Assembly: GCF_006345805.1 (NCBI RefSeq)
Contig: NC_042997.1
Location: 160,518,001 to 160,582,000, forward strand
Length of the DNA: 64,000 nt
Reading direction: 5' to 3'
Source of the DNA: Octopus sinensis
Taxonomy: Eukaryota
Part shown: one piece after another, positions 63,145-64,000 of the stretch
How the letters are laid out: each line of letters opens with the position of its first letter
How positions within the stretch are numbered: position 1 is the stretch's first letter
Position numbers and translations under genes: made by a program
The notes under the pieces: model-generated
The model's database searches: none
What the model was told of the DNA's origin: nothing
What the model saw: the letters and a program-made list of their open reading frames with translations, nothing else

Positions 63145-64000
63145 ACTCAAACACGCACACGCATACTCACGCATACACGAAATATATCTAATATTATAAA
63201 TTATAACTGCTTAATAACATTTTGAATTTAAATTTTTTACCAGTTTGCAAATTACTTTCCGTTTTTCTTCTAATTTTTCTTTTTGTACTTTCTATTCTGA
63301 TTATTTCTCTTGCGATGAGAAAATACAGAAGTTTTAGAAAGATATCGGATGCAATCATTTAATTTCATACACGTATATGTAAAGAATTACACTTTATTGT
63401 TATTTATTGTAAATTAGCTACAAAAGAAAATGGCTTTGCCTATAAAAAAATTACTTCAGTAAAGATTTATTTTAGACTAGCAGAGATACACGGCGTTGCT
63501 CGTGATTAAAATGACATAGTATTTTATTGTTTTACTTGTTTCGGTCATGTGACTGCGGTCATGCTGGTGAACCGCCTTTAGTAGAAGAAATCAAACCCAG
63601 AATTTATTCTTTGTAAGCCTAGTCGTTATTCTATCGGATTATTTTGCCAAAAGGCTAAGTAAACAAAAGGTAAACACAGCAACATCGGTTATCAAGCGAT
63701 GGCGGGTGTCCAAACACAGACTCAGACACATATAAATACACACACAAATACATGAATATACATTTATATATTTCATTTTTAGATTTGGTATATATATATA
63801 TATATATTTATATTATATATATATACATGTATATAATATATACGCATGTATATATAAATATATAAATGCATATAAATATATATGTATATATATACATATA
63901 TATATACATATTTGAATAAAATCTGTTGGGTAGTTCTCGAATGTTAGTGATGTGCTCGCGCACACACATATATACGCACACACACACACACACACACACG

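Overview
AT-rich, microsatellite-dense animal genomic DNA. The SINE and repeat complement looks like a coleoid cephalopod, probably Octopus (pattern recognition, not a database result). The only host genes found are two diverged tandem paralogs on the + strand, encoding a secreted PAN/Apple + C-type lectin protein. Copy A has exons 72-430, 7311-7484 and 20415-20647. Copy B has exons 49129-49483 and 62826-62999, with its last exon presumably beyond the window. As assembled, copy A carries a +1 frameshift at the end of exon 1. Most of the rest is transposon-derived: two mariners, Tc1, Chapaev3-like, Academ-like, a Helitron, a Penelope fragment, several SINE families and MITEs. There are also piles of R4/Dong-type retrotransposons inside (TAA)n arrays, a ~540-bp non-autonomous TAA-array element, and an ORF1-only retroelement nested in a mariner. 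The most interesting signal is RNA-level. Intron 2 of copy A carries, in sense orientation, two tandem canonical type I hammerhead ribozymes 451 nt apart (retrozyme/Penelope-like). It also carries a second hammerhead-like family with an apparent compensatory G3-C8 core swap, and several long foldbacks. Most listed ORFs are microsatellite artefacts. Many 1-bp indels could be assembly errors.
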